Source of the DNA: an uncultured Gaiellaceae bacterium
Lineage (GTDB): Bacteria; Actinomycetota; Thermoleophilia; Gaiellales; Gaiellaceae
DNA length: 64,000 bases
NCBI GenBank assembly: GCA_963820565.1
Contig: CAWGAD010000006.1
Location: 42,333 to 106,332, forward strand
Direction: 5' to 3'
Made by a program: the position numbers and the translations under genes. Positions 10,549 to 20,556 of this stretch are shown here, piece after piece; the first letter of the stretch is position 1; each line of letters starts with the position of its first letter. The notes below the pieces were generated by a model, which ran no database searches, had not been told where the DNA came from, and was given only the letters and a program-made list of their open reading frames with translations.

Positions 10549-11049
10549 TCAGAGCTCGAGCAGCATGCGGCCGAGCCCGTCGCCGGGCTCGTAGTCGACG
10601 TAGCCGAGCCGGGCATAGAGCCGCCGCGCCGGGTTCTCCGCATCGACGCTGAGTGAGATCCGGCCGACGCCGTCGACTCGAGCACGATCCGCGATCGCGG
10701 TCATCAGCGCCGCACCGATCCCGGCGCCGCGGTGCTCCTCGGCGACGGCGATCGCGAGCTCCGGCGTCTCGTCGTCGACATAGCCCTCGCCGTGGTCGGC
10801 CTCGCTGAAGAGGCGGTACCAGACCGCCCCGACCGGGCGACCGTCGACCTCTGCGACGAGCCCGGCGTCGCCGGGGCGGCCCCAGCCCTCGTGGTACCGG
10901 GTGACTTCGGGATGTGCGAGCACGAACTCCGGCGGCAGGCGCTCCTTCTCCGGGCTCCAGAAGAGCGCCTCGTACAGCATCTGGCCGAGGAACTCGGCGT
11001 CCTCAGAGCGGAGCTCGCGGATCTCTATGGTGACGCCAGGCGGGCCCAC
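10549..11049 (-). CDS. GNAT family N-acetyltransferase
   Basis: Intact 166-aa ORF with acetyl-CoA motif [20 protein letters not shown]...[12 protein letters not shown]. The start overlaps the stop of the upstream gene by 25 nt. Confidence 0.8.
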   Translation of the reverse strand: MGPPGVTIEIRELRSEDAEFLGQMLYEALFWSPEKERLPPEFVLAHPEVTRYHEGWGRPGDAGLVAEVDGRPVGAVWYRLFSEADHGEGYVDDETPELAIAVAEEHRGAGIGAALMTAIADRARVDGVGRISLSVDAENPARRLYARLGYVDYEPGDGLGRMLLEL

Positions 11050-12590
11050 AGGTTCTCGAGCATACGCCGCACGGAGGAGAGCATCGCGGTCCCGCCGAAG
11101 TCGATCGCCCCGGCGGCGAAGACCTTCGCGCCGCCCGCCTCGTAGTAGGTCATCTGGGCGGTCAATCCTGGGCCGTAGAGATCGGGAATCTCCGCCAGGA
11201 CGATCGTCCCCGGCGGAGTCGATGTCGTCGTCTGATCGATCTCGATCCCGTAGCCGCCCAGCTCCTCGCCGAACGTGGAGCCGTCACCAAAGCCCGTGCC
11301 GGCGAAGAACCACGGCGCCGCCGTCGCGCCGCGGACGACGAACGGGCGCTGGATCTTCCCGTCGTCGTTCGCGCGGTACTGCGTGCCGAGGATGCTCGCT
11401 TCGGGCCGACCCATGTCCCGCCACTTCCGCGTCCGTCGCAGGGTCCGTCCGTCTTGAACCACGCGCCAGAAGAAGTTGTTCGCCGACAGGAACGCGAGGT
11501 TGCCGCCGAGGTTGCGGTAGCCCTCGATCAGGTTGAACTCGTGCGGCGTCACGTACTCCGTGTGTCCGGGGAAGATGACGAGGTCGTAGAGCGCGACCAG
11601 TTCCTCGGCGGTCCGGATGCTGTTGAGGTCGGATTCGGTCAGGATCTCGGTCTGCTTGCGTGTGGCGCTGAGCCAGCGCAGGAAGCCGAGGTCGTACTTC
11701 CGCCATTGCGGGGGGACGCCACGCCGGATGAAGGCACGACCGAGCCTCGCCGTGCTCTGCGCGCCCTTGGCGTACCACGTGTCGCCCCAGCCGTTGCCGT
11801 CGGCGTCGCGGAAGTTGTACGCCTGCCACGTGTTCGTCGGCATGACGACCGCGACGCGGCTGGTCTCGCCGAAGACCGTTGGCCGGATGACGAACGGGGC
11901 GTAGCCGATGCGCCCGTCGTTCGCGGTGAGCTTGACGAAGTAGACCCCCGTCGACCAGGGGCCGACCGCGTAGTTGAGCGTCGCGCGCCGGTGGCGGGCG
12001 CTCCAGGGAATCGTGACGGGCGCGCTCACCGGCACGCCGTTCATGATCGAGTCGCTGAAGGTTCCGACGTCCTCGCCGCCCGCCCGGAAGGTCTGGAGCG
12101 TGAGGCCGGCTGCATCGGTCTCGACCGCGAGGCGAGCAGAGCTCGTGGCGACGTAGCTCTCCGCAGTGAACCCGGCATCGACGCCGAGCAGGCGCACGAC
12201 CGCCGACTTGAGGCGGCGTCCTTCCTTCGCGTTCTCGGCGCCGTAGGTGCGGCTGTTGCCGGCGCCGTCGACGGCGGTGATCCGGAGCAGGTAGGTCCGT
12301 GCGGGCACCGACCAGTGGGGGTGCCAGGTGAACGTGTGCGGGCCTGGGCGGAGGTTCGCCGTCAGCTCGTAGATCGTGACGGGCGAGCTGATCGTCGTCG
12401 TCACCTCGAAATGGACGCGGGCGCGCTCGTTCAGCGTGAAGTGGATCTTGGCCGACTCGCGGAGCTTGTCGCCGTTCGGCGAGATCGTCGTGAAGCGCTT
12501 GTTGTCGCCCTGGAAGGGCAGCCGGCTGCGGTTACGCGCGGTGATGCTCGTGACCGCGGGCGCTGTTCGATCGATCTCGCCCGGCCCGGC
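11025..12590 (-). CDS. FlgD-Ig-like + N,N-dimethylformamidase-beta-like (DMFA2_C-type) domain protein, paralog 1; N-terminus unresolved
   Basis: This is the C-terminal 520 aa of the 958-aa track ORF: [31 protein letters not shown] (FlgD-Ig-like), then [75 protein letters not shown]. There is no ATG/GTG/TTG in frame between the FTR1 stop (12593) and the first conserved block. Confidence 0.6.
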   Translation of the reverse strand, partial: AGPGEIDRTAPAVTSITARNRSRLPFQGDNKRFTTISPNGDKLRESAKIHFTLNERARVHFEVTTTISSPVTIYELTANLRPGPHTFTWHPHWSVPARTYLLRITAVDGAGNSRTYGAENAKEGRRLKSAVVRLLGVDAGFTAESYVATSSARLAVETDAAGLTLQTFRAGGEDVGTFSDSIMNGVPVSAPVTIPWSARHRRATLNYAVGPWSTGVYFVKLTANDGRIGYAPFVIRPTVFGETSRVAVVMPTNTWQAYNFRDADGNGWGDTWYAKGAQSTARLGRAFIRRGVPPQWRKYDLGFLRWLSATRKQTEILTESDLNSIRTAEELVALYDLVIFPGHTEYVTPHEFNLIEGYRNLGGNLAFLSANNFFWRVVQDGRTLRRTRKWRDMGRPEASILGTQYRANDDGKIQRPFVVRGATAAPWFFAGTGFGDGSTFGEELGGYGIEIDQTTTSTPPGTIVLAEIPDLYGPGLTAQMTYYEAGGAKVFAAGAIDFGGTAMLSSVRRMLENLWARLASP

Positions 12591-12592
12591 GG

Positions 12593-14933
12593 TCAGCGCG
12601 TGGCCGGAGCCGAGGCCAGCACTCTGCGCCGGCGCCGCGCGCGAACGTGCTCGGCGGCGAGGTAGCTGCCGACCACGAACGAGGCTGCGGCGACCTGAGC
12701 CGCGACTCCCTGCCAGGTCGGGTAGACGCCGAGCCAGATGCCGGCCCAGTAGGGCAGTTGCAGGCCCTCGATCGGCGCCACGGGCAGCCAGCCGACCACC
12801 TGGAACGTCTGCACGGTCTTCCCGACGAGAATGACGAGCACCCAGGTCATCAGGACACCGGTCACGATCAGCATCTTGCGGTGCGGCAGCTTGCGCTCGA
12901 GCAGGATCGTCAGCCCGCCGACGGCCAGCGTCGCCGCAAGCCCGAGCATGACTCCGGGAAGCACGGCCAGCATCCCGGCCTCGAGCGTCAGAGCCTGCAG
13001 GAAGAGCACGGTCTCGAACCCTTCGCGGTAGACACTCGAGAAGCCGAGCGCCGCGAGCCCGAGGGTTTGCGCAGCGACGAGACCGACCCCAGTGCCGCGC
13101 AGCAGGCGCTGCTTGCGCTGGTGGAACCCGGCCAGGTGCTCGGCCCAGTAGACGCGGTGGTAGAACCAGTTGAGGATCAGCAGCAGCACGCCGATCGCGA
13201 TCACCGAGACGACCGCCTCCAGCTTCTCGCCGTAGCGCGCGAGCGAGCCGAGCAGCGTCTGCGCGACCACCCAGGTGAGCGCCGACGCGACGAACGCGAC
13301 CGCGACGCCGACGAGCAGGGGGCGCCGGTACTTGCGGTTGGCGCCGACCATGCTGGCCATCAACGCTGCGAGGATCAGCACCGCCTCGAGCCCTTCGCGA
13401 AAGACGACGATCGCGCTGTTCGAGATGACGGCCGTGGTCGAGCCCGCTCCCGTCCCGACGCGTTGAGACGCTTCGGCGAGCTCGGCGTCGAGCGCTGCCA
13501 GGGAAGCCTCGAGCTCCGGGCCGGCGTCCTTCCGTCTTCACGAGCTGGACGAGCCCCGCGTGATCGCCGTCGCCGTACCAGAACAATCCTTCGATGCGCT
13601 GGAACAGAGACGGAGCGATGCCGCGAAGCCGCTGCTCCGGGCCGAGCTCGAAGATCCCGTACGCCTCCAGCCGCGCCTGCTCGGCTCGGCTCCAGCTGCC
13701 GGCCTCGGCGGCGCTCGCGAGCCGGTTGAGCGAGGCCGCGATCACGTCGAAGTCGGCGCCCGCGGCTGCCTCCTTCCACGCCTCGGGATAGAGCCCGTCG
13801 ATCAGGTCGAGCGAGCGCTCGCGTCTGCGCGGAAACCTGCTCGGCCGGGGCGACGGCGCGACCGCCGGCGGCGTTGTCGAGCGCGTTCCCCAGCGACGCA
13901 ACTATGACTGTCAGCTCGCGCGTCGCCGTCGCATCGCGCTGCAGCAGCGTCGGGGCGATGTCGGCCAGCGCAGCCTCGGCCGCGGCCCGGAAGCTGATCG
14001 CCTCCTGGATCTCGAACGGGACCGTGACGCGGCTGCCTTCGACGCCGCGGTCGTACTCGATCGGGACGAGACGCAGGAAGCGGTCGAGCTGGCCGGCCCG
14101 CCGAGCCTGCTCGGCCGGAGCGAGCGGCGCTGCGCGGAAGCCCTCGAGCTGCCGCTCGACGGCGCCGACGGCACTCGCGACTCCGGTGCGGTCGCCTGCG
14201 AGTGCCCTGCGCTCGAGTTGTGCGAGCGCCGCGTCGAGCCTTGCCGACGCCTGCGGGCCACGCTGGGACCGGTAGCTGCCGGCGAGGATGCGGGCGTACC
14301 CGCGGGCGAGCGAAGCGGCCTCGACGAGGCGGACGTCGAAGCCGCGCCTGGCGGCGGCCCGTGCGCTCTGGAGCGTCGTGCGGAGCCGAGCCTCGTACGT
14401 GTCGAGCAGGTCGGCGCGCACGGCGCGTGCGGCTGCGGCCGGCTTGAGGTCACCACGGGCGAGCCTGGCTACTGCGAGCGTCGCATCGGTGCTCGCGCGT
14501 GTGAAGCGGGTGGGCGGCCGGTATTCGCGGACGAGCAGCCAGTGCCGCGCCGCGGCGGCATCTCCGCGGCGAGCGTCCGCCACGGCTCCGAGCAGTCCGG
14601 CATGGACGAGCGCCGTCCACACTCGCGCCTGCGCCGCGGCAAGCGCTGCGTTGTCGCCCTGTGCGGCAACCCGAGCGTCGCTCAGCGCGGCGGCCACATC
14701 CTTCCCGGCGCGCCCGGAAGGGCCGCTGCGAGCGGCGTCAGCGTTCGCTCTGCGCGGGCGACGAGAACGCGCGCGCTTTCCCCTTCGCCGAGCGCGAGGG
14801 CCGTCTGAGCCGCGCCGAGGTCACGTCTCGCGTCGACGGCCGCCGCCCAACCGGGGGGTGCCTGCGCGCCGGCCGGCGCGGCGGCGACTCCGAGGACGGC
14901 GACGGCCGCCGTGAGTAGCGTCCGCGCTCGCAT
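12593..14933 (-). CDS. FTR1/EfeU-family iron permease with signal peptide and long N-terminal extracytoplasmic helical domain; 3 frameshifts (about 14705, 13825, 13535)
   Basis: Signal peptide MRARTLLTAAVAVLGVAAAPAGA. An Ala/Arg-rich ectodomain can be traced through ORFs 14682..14933, 13375..14697 and the N-terminal part of ORF 11025..13901. The permease core carries both REXXE motifs (VVFREGLEAVLIL and VYREGFETVLFL) and multiple TM segments. Confidence 0.75.
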
Positions 14934-14941
14934 CCCCTTCC

Positions 14942-16042
14942 CTACTGCTGGATCTCGACGTCCAGCTGCGCTGCCTGCTGCGTCACCTGCCCGGCGACGG
15001 CACTGCCGCGCTCCTGCGCCTCGACGCCCAGCCGGTCCGCTTGCTCAGGGGTGTAGCGGCGCCCGGACGACTCCTGCTCGCGCAGGTCGGCGATGAACGA
15101 GGCGAGCCCGGCCAGCTCGTCGTGCGTCTGGGTGGCGCCTGACCCGTCGACTTCGGCGATGGCCGGTTTGACGCCCGCATAGACGACCTCGAGCCCGGAG
15201 ATGATGTCGCCGATGTCGGAGAGCCGGGAGACGACGTTGAACGAGTCGCTCGTCGCAGCGTCGCCGCGCACGAAGCGCGACTCCTTCCACTGGCCGAAGT
15301 ACTCGGTCATCGTCGGCACCATCACCACGAGTGACGTGAACGCGTCCGACGGGGTGGGCTGCCAGGCCTGCGCCTTCGCGTCGAGCTCGCCGGCGTAGCG
15401 GTCGAACGCGTCGGCGGCGGCCGCGAAGATGTGTGCGTCCGGCAGCGCCTCGCCGAAGGCCACCTTGCCGTCCGCGTCGAGATCGGCGCTGACGCCTGCG
15501 GTGAACTCGGGGCGCGTTCCCCAGAGCATCCCCTCGGTCAGGTTGTAGAGATTGCCCGGCTGCTCGAGCACGCGACCGTCGCCAAGCTTCAGATCGAACG
15601 GAACCGCGCTCTCCGGGTCCTCGGCCTTGCTCGAGCCGGCGTCGAGGATGATGTCGTACTCGGCCAGCGACGGTGTGCCGGCGACGATGCCCTCGACGCG
15701 CTCGTAGTACGGGTTGCCCTCCGTCCACAGCTCTTTCGCCTGCTCGAGCAGTGGCTCGACCTCGGCCCGATGCTCGCTGAGGAGGCGTGCGTAGTCGTGG
15801 TCGACGCCGGCCGCGAGCGTGGCGTATTCGTCGGCGGCGGTGCGAAAGCGGTCCGTGAAGCCGACGAGCTTGACGGTGTGGTCGGTGAGGTAGGTCTTGA
15901 CGCCTGCGAGGTCGGCGGCGGCGAGAGGGCCGGTGACCGCCGGAGCGGCCGTCGTCGTGCCGGCAGCGTCGGTAGAGTCGTCCCCGCCGCAGCCCGCGAC
16001 GAGCAGCACTACCAGGGAGATAAGGGCAACCATCCTCCGCAT
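14942..16042 (-). CDS. EfeO/EfeM-like (imelysin, peptidase M75-like) lipoprotein
   Basis: Intact 366-aa ORF with lipobox LLVAGC. Helical-bundle-type sequence includes HRAE and ELWTEGNPYYERVEGIVAG...YDIILDAG. It lies 8 nt upstream of the FTR1 gene. Confidence 0.65.
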   Translation of the reverse strand: MRRMVALISLVVLLVAGCGGDDSTDAAGTTTAAPAVTGPLAAADLAGVKTYLTDHTVKLVGFTDRFRTAADEYATLAAGVDHDYARLLSEHRAEVEPLLEQAKELWTEGNPYYERVEGIVAGTPSLAEYDIILDAGSSKAEDPESAVPFDLKLGDGRVLEQPGNLYNLTEGMLWGTRPEFTAGVSADLDADGKVAFGEALPDAHIFAAAADAFDRYAGELDAKAQAWQPTPSDAFTSLVVMVPTMTEYFGQWKESRFVRGDAATSDSFNVVSRLSDIGDIISGLEVVYAGVKPAIAEVDGSGATQTHDELAGLASFIADLREQESSGRRYTPEQADRLGVEAQERGSAVAGQVTQQAAQLDVEIQQ

Positions 16043-16086
16043 ATAAGGCGCACCTTACCCACTCGCGAATGGTCGCGCCCGGGGAA

Positions 16087-17712
16087 CTAGCTCGTCAGGT
16101 GGCGCCAGAGATTGTCGAGCATCCGCCGGACCGGCGGCGTCAGGACCGAGCCGCAGAAGTCGAGCACGCCCGCCGAGAAGACCTTGGCGCCCTGCTCGGT
16201 CTCGTAGTAGGTCATCTGCGCGGTCAGCCCGGGACCGTAGAGGTCGAGGATCTCCGCCAGCACGACGGTGTTCGGCGGGGTGAAGACGGTCGTCTGGTCG
16301 ATCTCGATCCCGTAGCCGCCCACCATCTCGCCGAGCGTGCCGCCCTCGACGAGCCCGGTTCCCTCGAACAGCCACGGCGTCGCGGTCGTGTTGATCAGCT
16401 TGAAGACGCCCTGCCTGGACCCGTCGTCGTTCGCCCGGTACTGCGTGCCCATGAACGCCGACTCGGGTCGCCCCAGCTCGCGCCAGAGCTTGATCCGGCG
16501 CATCCACTGGCCCTCTTTCTCCACCTTCCAGAAGAAGTTGTTCGACGAGAGGAAGATGAGCCGGCCTCCGAGGTCGCGGAAGCGCTGCACGACGTTGTAC
16601 TCGCGTTCGGTCACGTACTCGGTGTGACCCGGGTAGATGACGAGGTCGTAGAGCCGCCGCAGCTCGTCGCCGCTCGGCATCGCCTCGATGTCGTCCTCGG
16701 CGAGCACGTCCGGTGTCCGCCCGGACTGGCGCAGGTATCTGAGGAAGGGGACGTCCGAGCGCCGGAACGAGGGTGGCGTGCCCCGGAGACGGAAGGGGCG
16801 ATTCAGGCGCACGGGCGGGCTGCCGCCCGCGTACCACGTGTCGCCCCAGCCGTCGCCGTCGGCGTCGTCGAAGTTGTAGGCCTGCCAGGTGTTCGTCGGC
16901 ATGACGACTGCCTGGCGGACGAGGCCGAGGGTCGCGGGGCGGAGGATGAGCGGTGCGAAGCCCACGCGCCCGTCTTCGGTGGTCACCTTGGCGGCATAGA
17001 CACCGCTGACCCATTGGCCGACCGGGACGACGACCGTGAACGGCGCCGACCGCTTGCCCTTCCAGTCGAAGGTGCGCGCCGGGCCGACCGGATAGCCGCG
17101 CATCTCGTCGATGCGGTCGGTGTACTCCGATTCCGTGCCGCAGGCGAGGAACTGAAGCGTGAGCTGTTCTGCGTCAGCCGTGATCGTCAGCCGGGCCGGC
17201 TCGAACGGCGCGTAGCTGCGCTTGTCGAAGGCCGCTTCGACGCCGAGCACGCGCACGACGGGAGCCTTCGCGAGTGAGGCCTTCACCGGCCGGTACTTGC
17301 CGTACGTCCGCTGCCCCTGACGGTCCTGGACGGTCAGCTGCATCAGGTAGGAGCCGACCTCTGTGTCCTTGTCCGGCTGCCACGAGAGCCGGTGCTTCCC
17401 TGGACCGAACCGCTTCCGCGTGCGCCAGACGGAGTTCCGGTTCCGCTGCGCCGTCCGGATCGCGTCGAGCTGCACCGTCGCCGCCCGCTCGAGCTTGAAC
17501 GAGACCGTGGCGGTGTCCCGGCCCGGCACTCCGGGGCTCACGCTCGCGAAGAGCCTCCGGTCGCCGGCGTAGCGCCGGCCGGCGTTCCGGACCGTGAGCC
17601 GCTCGAGTGACGGCGCACGGAGCTGTGCGAGCGCCGCGCGTGGGTCGACGAGCAGCGCGCCGGTGGCGGCGAGCGCAAGCTGGAGCAGCCGGTTGCGGTT
17701 GAAGCGGTCCAT
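16087..17712 (-). CDS. Exported FlgD-Ig-like + N,N-dimethylformamidase-beta-like (DMFA2_C-type) domain protein, paralog 2
   Basis: The in-frame ATG at 17712 gives MDRFNRNRLLQLALAATGALLVDPRAALA (signal peptide). It shares the same conserved blocks as paralog 1 ([75 protein letters not shown]). The track ORF extends to 18012, but that part is Arg/Ser-rich junk. Confidence 0.65.
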   Translation of the reverse strand: MDRFNRNRLLQLALAATGALLVDPRAALAQLRAPSLERLTVRNAGRRYAGDRRLFASVSPGVPGRDTATVSFKLERAATVQLDAIRTAQRNRNSVWRTRKRFGPGKHRLSWQPDKDTEVGSYLMQLTVQDRQGQRTYGKYRPVKASLAKAPVVRVLGVEAAFDKRSYAPFEPARLTITADAEQLTLQFLACGTESEYTDRIDEMRGYPVGPARTFDWKGKRSAPFTVVVPVGQWVSGVYAAKVTTEDGRVGFAPLILRPATLGLVRQAVVMPTNTWQAYNFDDADGDGWGDTWYAGGSPPVRLNRPFRLRGTPPSFRRSDVPFLRYLRQSGRTPDVLAEDDIEAMPSGDELRRLYDLVIYPGHTEYVTEREYNVVQRFRDLGGRLIFLSSNNFFWKVEKEGQWMRRIKLWRELGRPESAFMGTQYRANDDGSRQGVFKLINTTATPWLFEGTGLVEGGTLGEMVGGYGIEIDQTTVFTPPNTVVLAEILDLYGPGLTAQMTYYETEQGAKVFSAGVLDFCGSVLTPPVRRMLDNLWRHLTS

Positions 17713-17719
17713 GGCGATT

Positions 17720-17734
17720 CCGATTGATAATCGG
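17720..17734. promoter_or_regulatory. Inverted repeat CCGATT-GAT-AATCGG containing a GATAAT hexamer, 8 nt upstream of the first gene of the iron-uptake operon (candidate metalloregulator operator or promoter element)
   Basis: Read directly. It is the only AT-rich element in the 40-bp spacer between the DUF1360 stop (17753) and the ATG at 17712. Confidence 0.3.
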
Positions 17735-17752
17735 CAGGTTCGGCGGAACGGC

Positions 17753-18238
17753 TTAGCGTCCGCTCGTGCGCTGCTCGAGCTCGTTCGCCTTCGCGGTGAC
17801 GGCGCTGAAGCCCGCCTGGAGGAAGTCGTTTGCAGCCGAGGCGGCGAGCGACCACGTGAGCAGGCGTCCGGAGCGGGGCGCGATCGTGTGCAATCCGACC
17901 ACGCCGGCCGCGGCCCAGATGCCGATGCAGCGGCTGCAGGTGAGCAGCTCGCCGAGCGCCTGCCGGGTGCCGCCGTCCGCGATCGGCCTCTCGTCGCCCT
18001 CGTGCGCGTCACCTCGGACGAAGGGCGCGCGGAGGAAGCTCAGCACCTCCTCGTGCGCGACCGCCCGGGACACCTTGAACGTCGCCGCGGAGACCACGGC
18101 GAGGTCGAGTGCGGCCAGCTGCTCTGGCCGCTTTCCGCGCAGCGCTGCGGCCGCGCCGACCCCGGCCATGCCCGCCGTGAAGACCCCGACGAGGGCGGCG
18201 TAGGTCGAGTACGGGGGTCTCGGTTGCTCGGATGCCAC
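17753..18238 (-). CDS. DUF1360-like integral membrane protein
   Basis: Intact 161-aa ORF with TM segments and the motif [16 protein letters not shown] (CxxCxxxW). Family recalled from memory. Confidence 0.5.
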   Translation of the reverse strand: MASEQPRPPYSTYAALVGVFTAGMAGVGAAAALRGKRPEQLAALDLAVVSAATFKVSRAVAHEEVLSFLRAPFVRGDAHEGDERPIADGGTRQALGELLTCSRCIGIWAAAGVVGLHTIAPRSGRLLTWSLAASAANDFLQAGFSAVTAKANELEQRTSGR

Positions 18239-18257
18239 GGGCTACGCTGTTACCCGA

Positions 18258-20260
18258 ATGGCGGAACTCAAGACATCGGCGGGTTACCTCCCGACGGGCG
18301 ACCAGCCGCGGGCGATCGAGGAGATCACACGCTCCCTCCAGGCGGGGGAGCGCTACCAGACGCTGCTCGGCGCCACCGGCACCGGCAAGACGGCGACGAT
18401 GGCCTGGATCATCGAGCAGATCCAGAAGCCCGCGCTCGTGATCGCCCACAACAAGACCCTGGCCGCGCAGCTCTGCAACGAGTTCCGCGAGTTCTTCCCG
18501 GCCAACGCGGTCGAGTACTTCGTCTCCTACTACGACTACTACCAGCCCGAGGCGTACGTCCCGCAGGCCGACCTCTACATCGAGAAGGACTCGTCCCGAA
18601 ACGACGACATCGACCGGTTGCGGCACGCGGCCACCTCGAACCTGCTCCAGCGCCGCGACACGGTCATCGTCGCCTCCGTCTCGTGCATCTACGGCCTCGG
18701 CTCGCCGGAGGAGTACGAGAAGCGCGTCGTCTTCCTCACCGTGGGCGAGGAGACCGACCGCGACGTGATGCTGCGGAAGCTGATCGACATCCAGTACGTC
18801 CGCAACGACACCCTGCTCGGCCGCGGCCGCTTCCGGGTCAAGGGCGACGTGATCGAGATCCAGCCCGCGTACGCGGAGACGGCCTACCGGATCTCGATGT
18901 TCGGGGACGAGGTCGAGCAGATCACCCATTTCGACCCGCTCACGGGCGAGGTGTTCGCGAAGCTCGACACGATCACCGTCTTCCCGGCGACGCAGTACGT
19001 CACCTCGAAGCCGACGATCGAGCGCGCCCAGGACGAGATCAGGCACGAGCTCGAGCAGCAGGTGTCGCTCTTCGAGAGCCAGGGCCGGATGCTCGAGGCG
19101 CACCGGATCCGCCAGCGCACGGAGTACGACATGGAGATGATGCGCGAGCTCGGCTTCTGCAACGGGATCGAGAACTACTCGCGCATCCTCGACGGGCGGC
19201 CGCCGGGCTCGGCGCCGCACACGCTGCTCGACTACTTCCCGTCCGACTACGTCGTCTTCGTCGACGAGTCGCATCAGACGGTCCCGCAGATCGGCGGCAT
19301 GTACGAGGGCGACCGCTCGCGCAAGCAGACGCTCGTCGACCACGGCTTCCGGCTCCCGTCCGCGCTCGACAACCGGCCGCTGCGCTTCGACGAGTTCCTC
19401 GACAAGGTCAACCAGCTCGTCTTCGTCTCGGCGACGCCGGGCGCGTTCGAGCTGCGCCACTCGAAGGTCGTCGCCGAGCAGCTGATCCGGCCGACCTTCC
19501 TCGTCGACCCCGAGGTGGAGCTGCGCCCGACCAAGAACCAGATCGACGACCTGCTGAACGAGATCCGCCGCCGTGAGGAGGTAGGGGAGCGGGTGCTCGT
19601 GACGACGCTGACGAAGAAGATGGCCGAGGACCTGACCGACTACCTGCTCGAAGCGGGCGTCCGCGCGCGCTATCTCCATTCCGAGATCGACACGCTCGAG
19701 CGGATCCAGATCATCCGCGAGCTGCGGCTCGGCGAGTACGACGTGCTCGTCGGGATCAACCTGCTGCGCGAGGGCCTCGACCTGCCGGAGGTGTCGCTGG
19801 TCGCGATCCTCGACGCCGACAAGGAGGGCTTCCTCCGCGGCAAGACGGCGCTCGTGCAGACGATCGGCCGCGCCGCGCGCAACCTCAACGGCCGTGTCCT
19901 GCTCTACGCGGACAAGCTGACCGAGGCGATCAAGGGCGCGATGGACGAGACCGAGCGCCGCCGCGCGGTCCAGCTCGCCTACAACGAGGAGCACGGGACG
20001 ACGCCGATCTCGATCGTCAAGGGCGTCAGCGACATCGCCGAGTTCCTCTCGCTCGAGAACCCGAACGTGCCCGGCCGCCGCAAGCGCGGGCCCAACGTCG
20101 AAGGGCTGTCGCGCGAGGAGCTCGAGAAGCTCGCCGTCACGCTCGAGGAGGAGATGTTCGCCGCGGCCGAGGAGCTCCGCTTCGAGTACGCCGCGAAGCT
20201 GCGCGACGAGATCAAGGACTTGCGCCGCGAGCTGCTTGCTCTGACGGAAACGACAGCTAG
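18258..20260 (+). CDS. uvrB: Excinuclease ABC subunit B; the native stop appears lost (the ORF as given reads on to 20543)
   Basis: Motifs [33 protein letters not shown] and C-terminal UVR domain [22 protein letters not shown]. After 20235 the frame becomes Arg-rich junk and overlaps a conserved small gene. Out-of-frame TGA (20242) and TAG (20258) sit where the stop is expected. Confidence 0.95.
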
Positions 20261-20268
20261 GAGGACCC

Positions 20269-20535
20269 ATGTGCCGGAACATTCGAGTGCTCCACAACTT
20301 CGAGCCCGCCGCTACGCCCGAGGAGGTCGAGGCCGCCGCGCTCCAGTACGTCCGCAAGATCAGCGGCGCGACGAAGCCTTCGAAGGCGAACGAGGCCGCG
20401 TTCAACCGCGCCGTCGAGGAAGTCACGGCCGCGTCGACGCGTCTGCTCGCTTCGCTCGTGACGGCGGCGCCGCCGCGCGACCGCGAGGTCGAGGCCGCCA
20501 AGGCCAGGGCCCGCGCCGCGGCTCGCTTCGCCTGA
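20269..20535 (+). CDS. DUF2277 family protein
   Basis: RBS AGGAGG lies 5 nt upstream. [45 protein letters not shown] matches my memory of the DUF2277 N-terminus. Confidence 0.75.
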   Translation: MCRNIRVLHNFEPAATPEEVEAAALQYVRKISGATKPSKANEAAFNRAVEEVTAASTRLLASLVTAAPPRDREVEAAKARARAAARFA

Positions 20536-20556
20536 CCGGCTAGATAGAGTCGCGCG

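Noticed and set aside
11025-13901. A 958-aa ORF that looks like one giant protein.
   Set aside because: It is a chimera. Only the C-terminal ~520 aa (the DMFase-beta-like paralog) and a short internal stretch belonging to the FTR1 ectodomain are protein-like. The rest is an Arg/Pro/Gly-rich off-frame reading of the FTR1 permease, whose true TM-rich frame is ORF 12593..13381.
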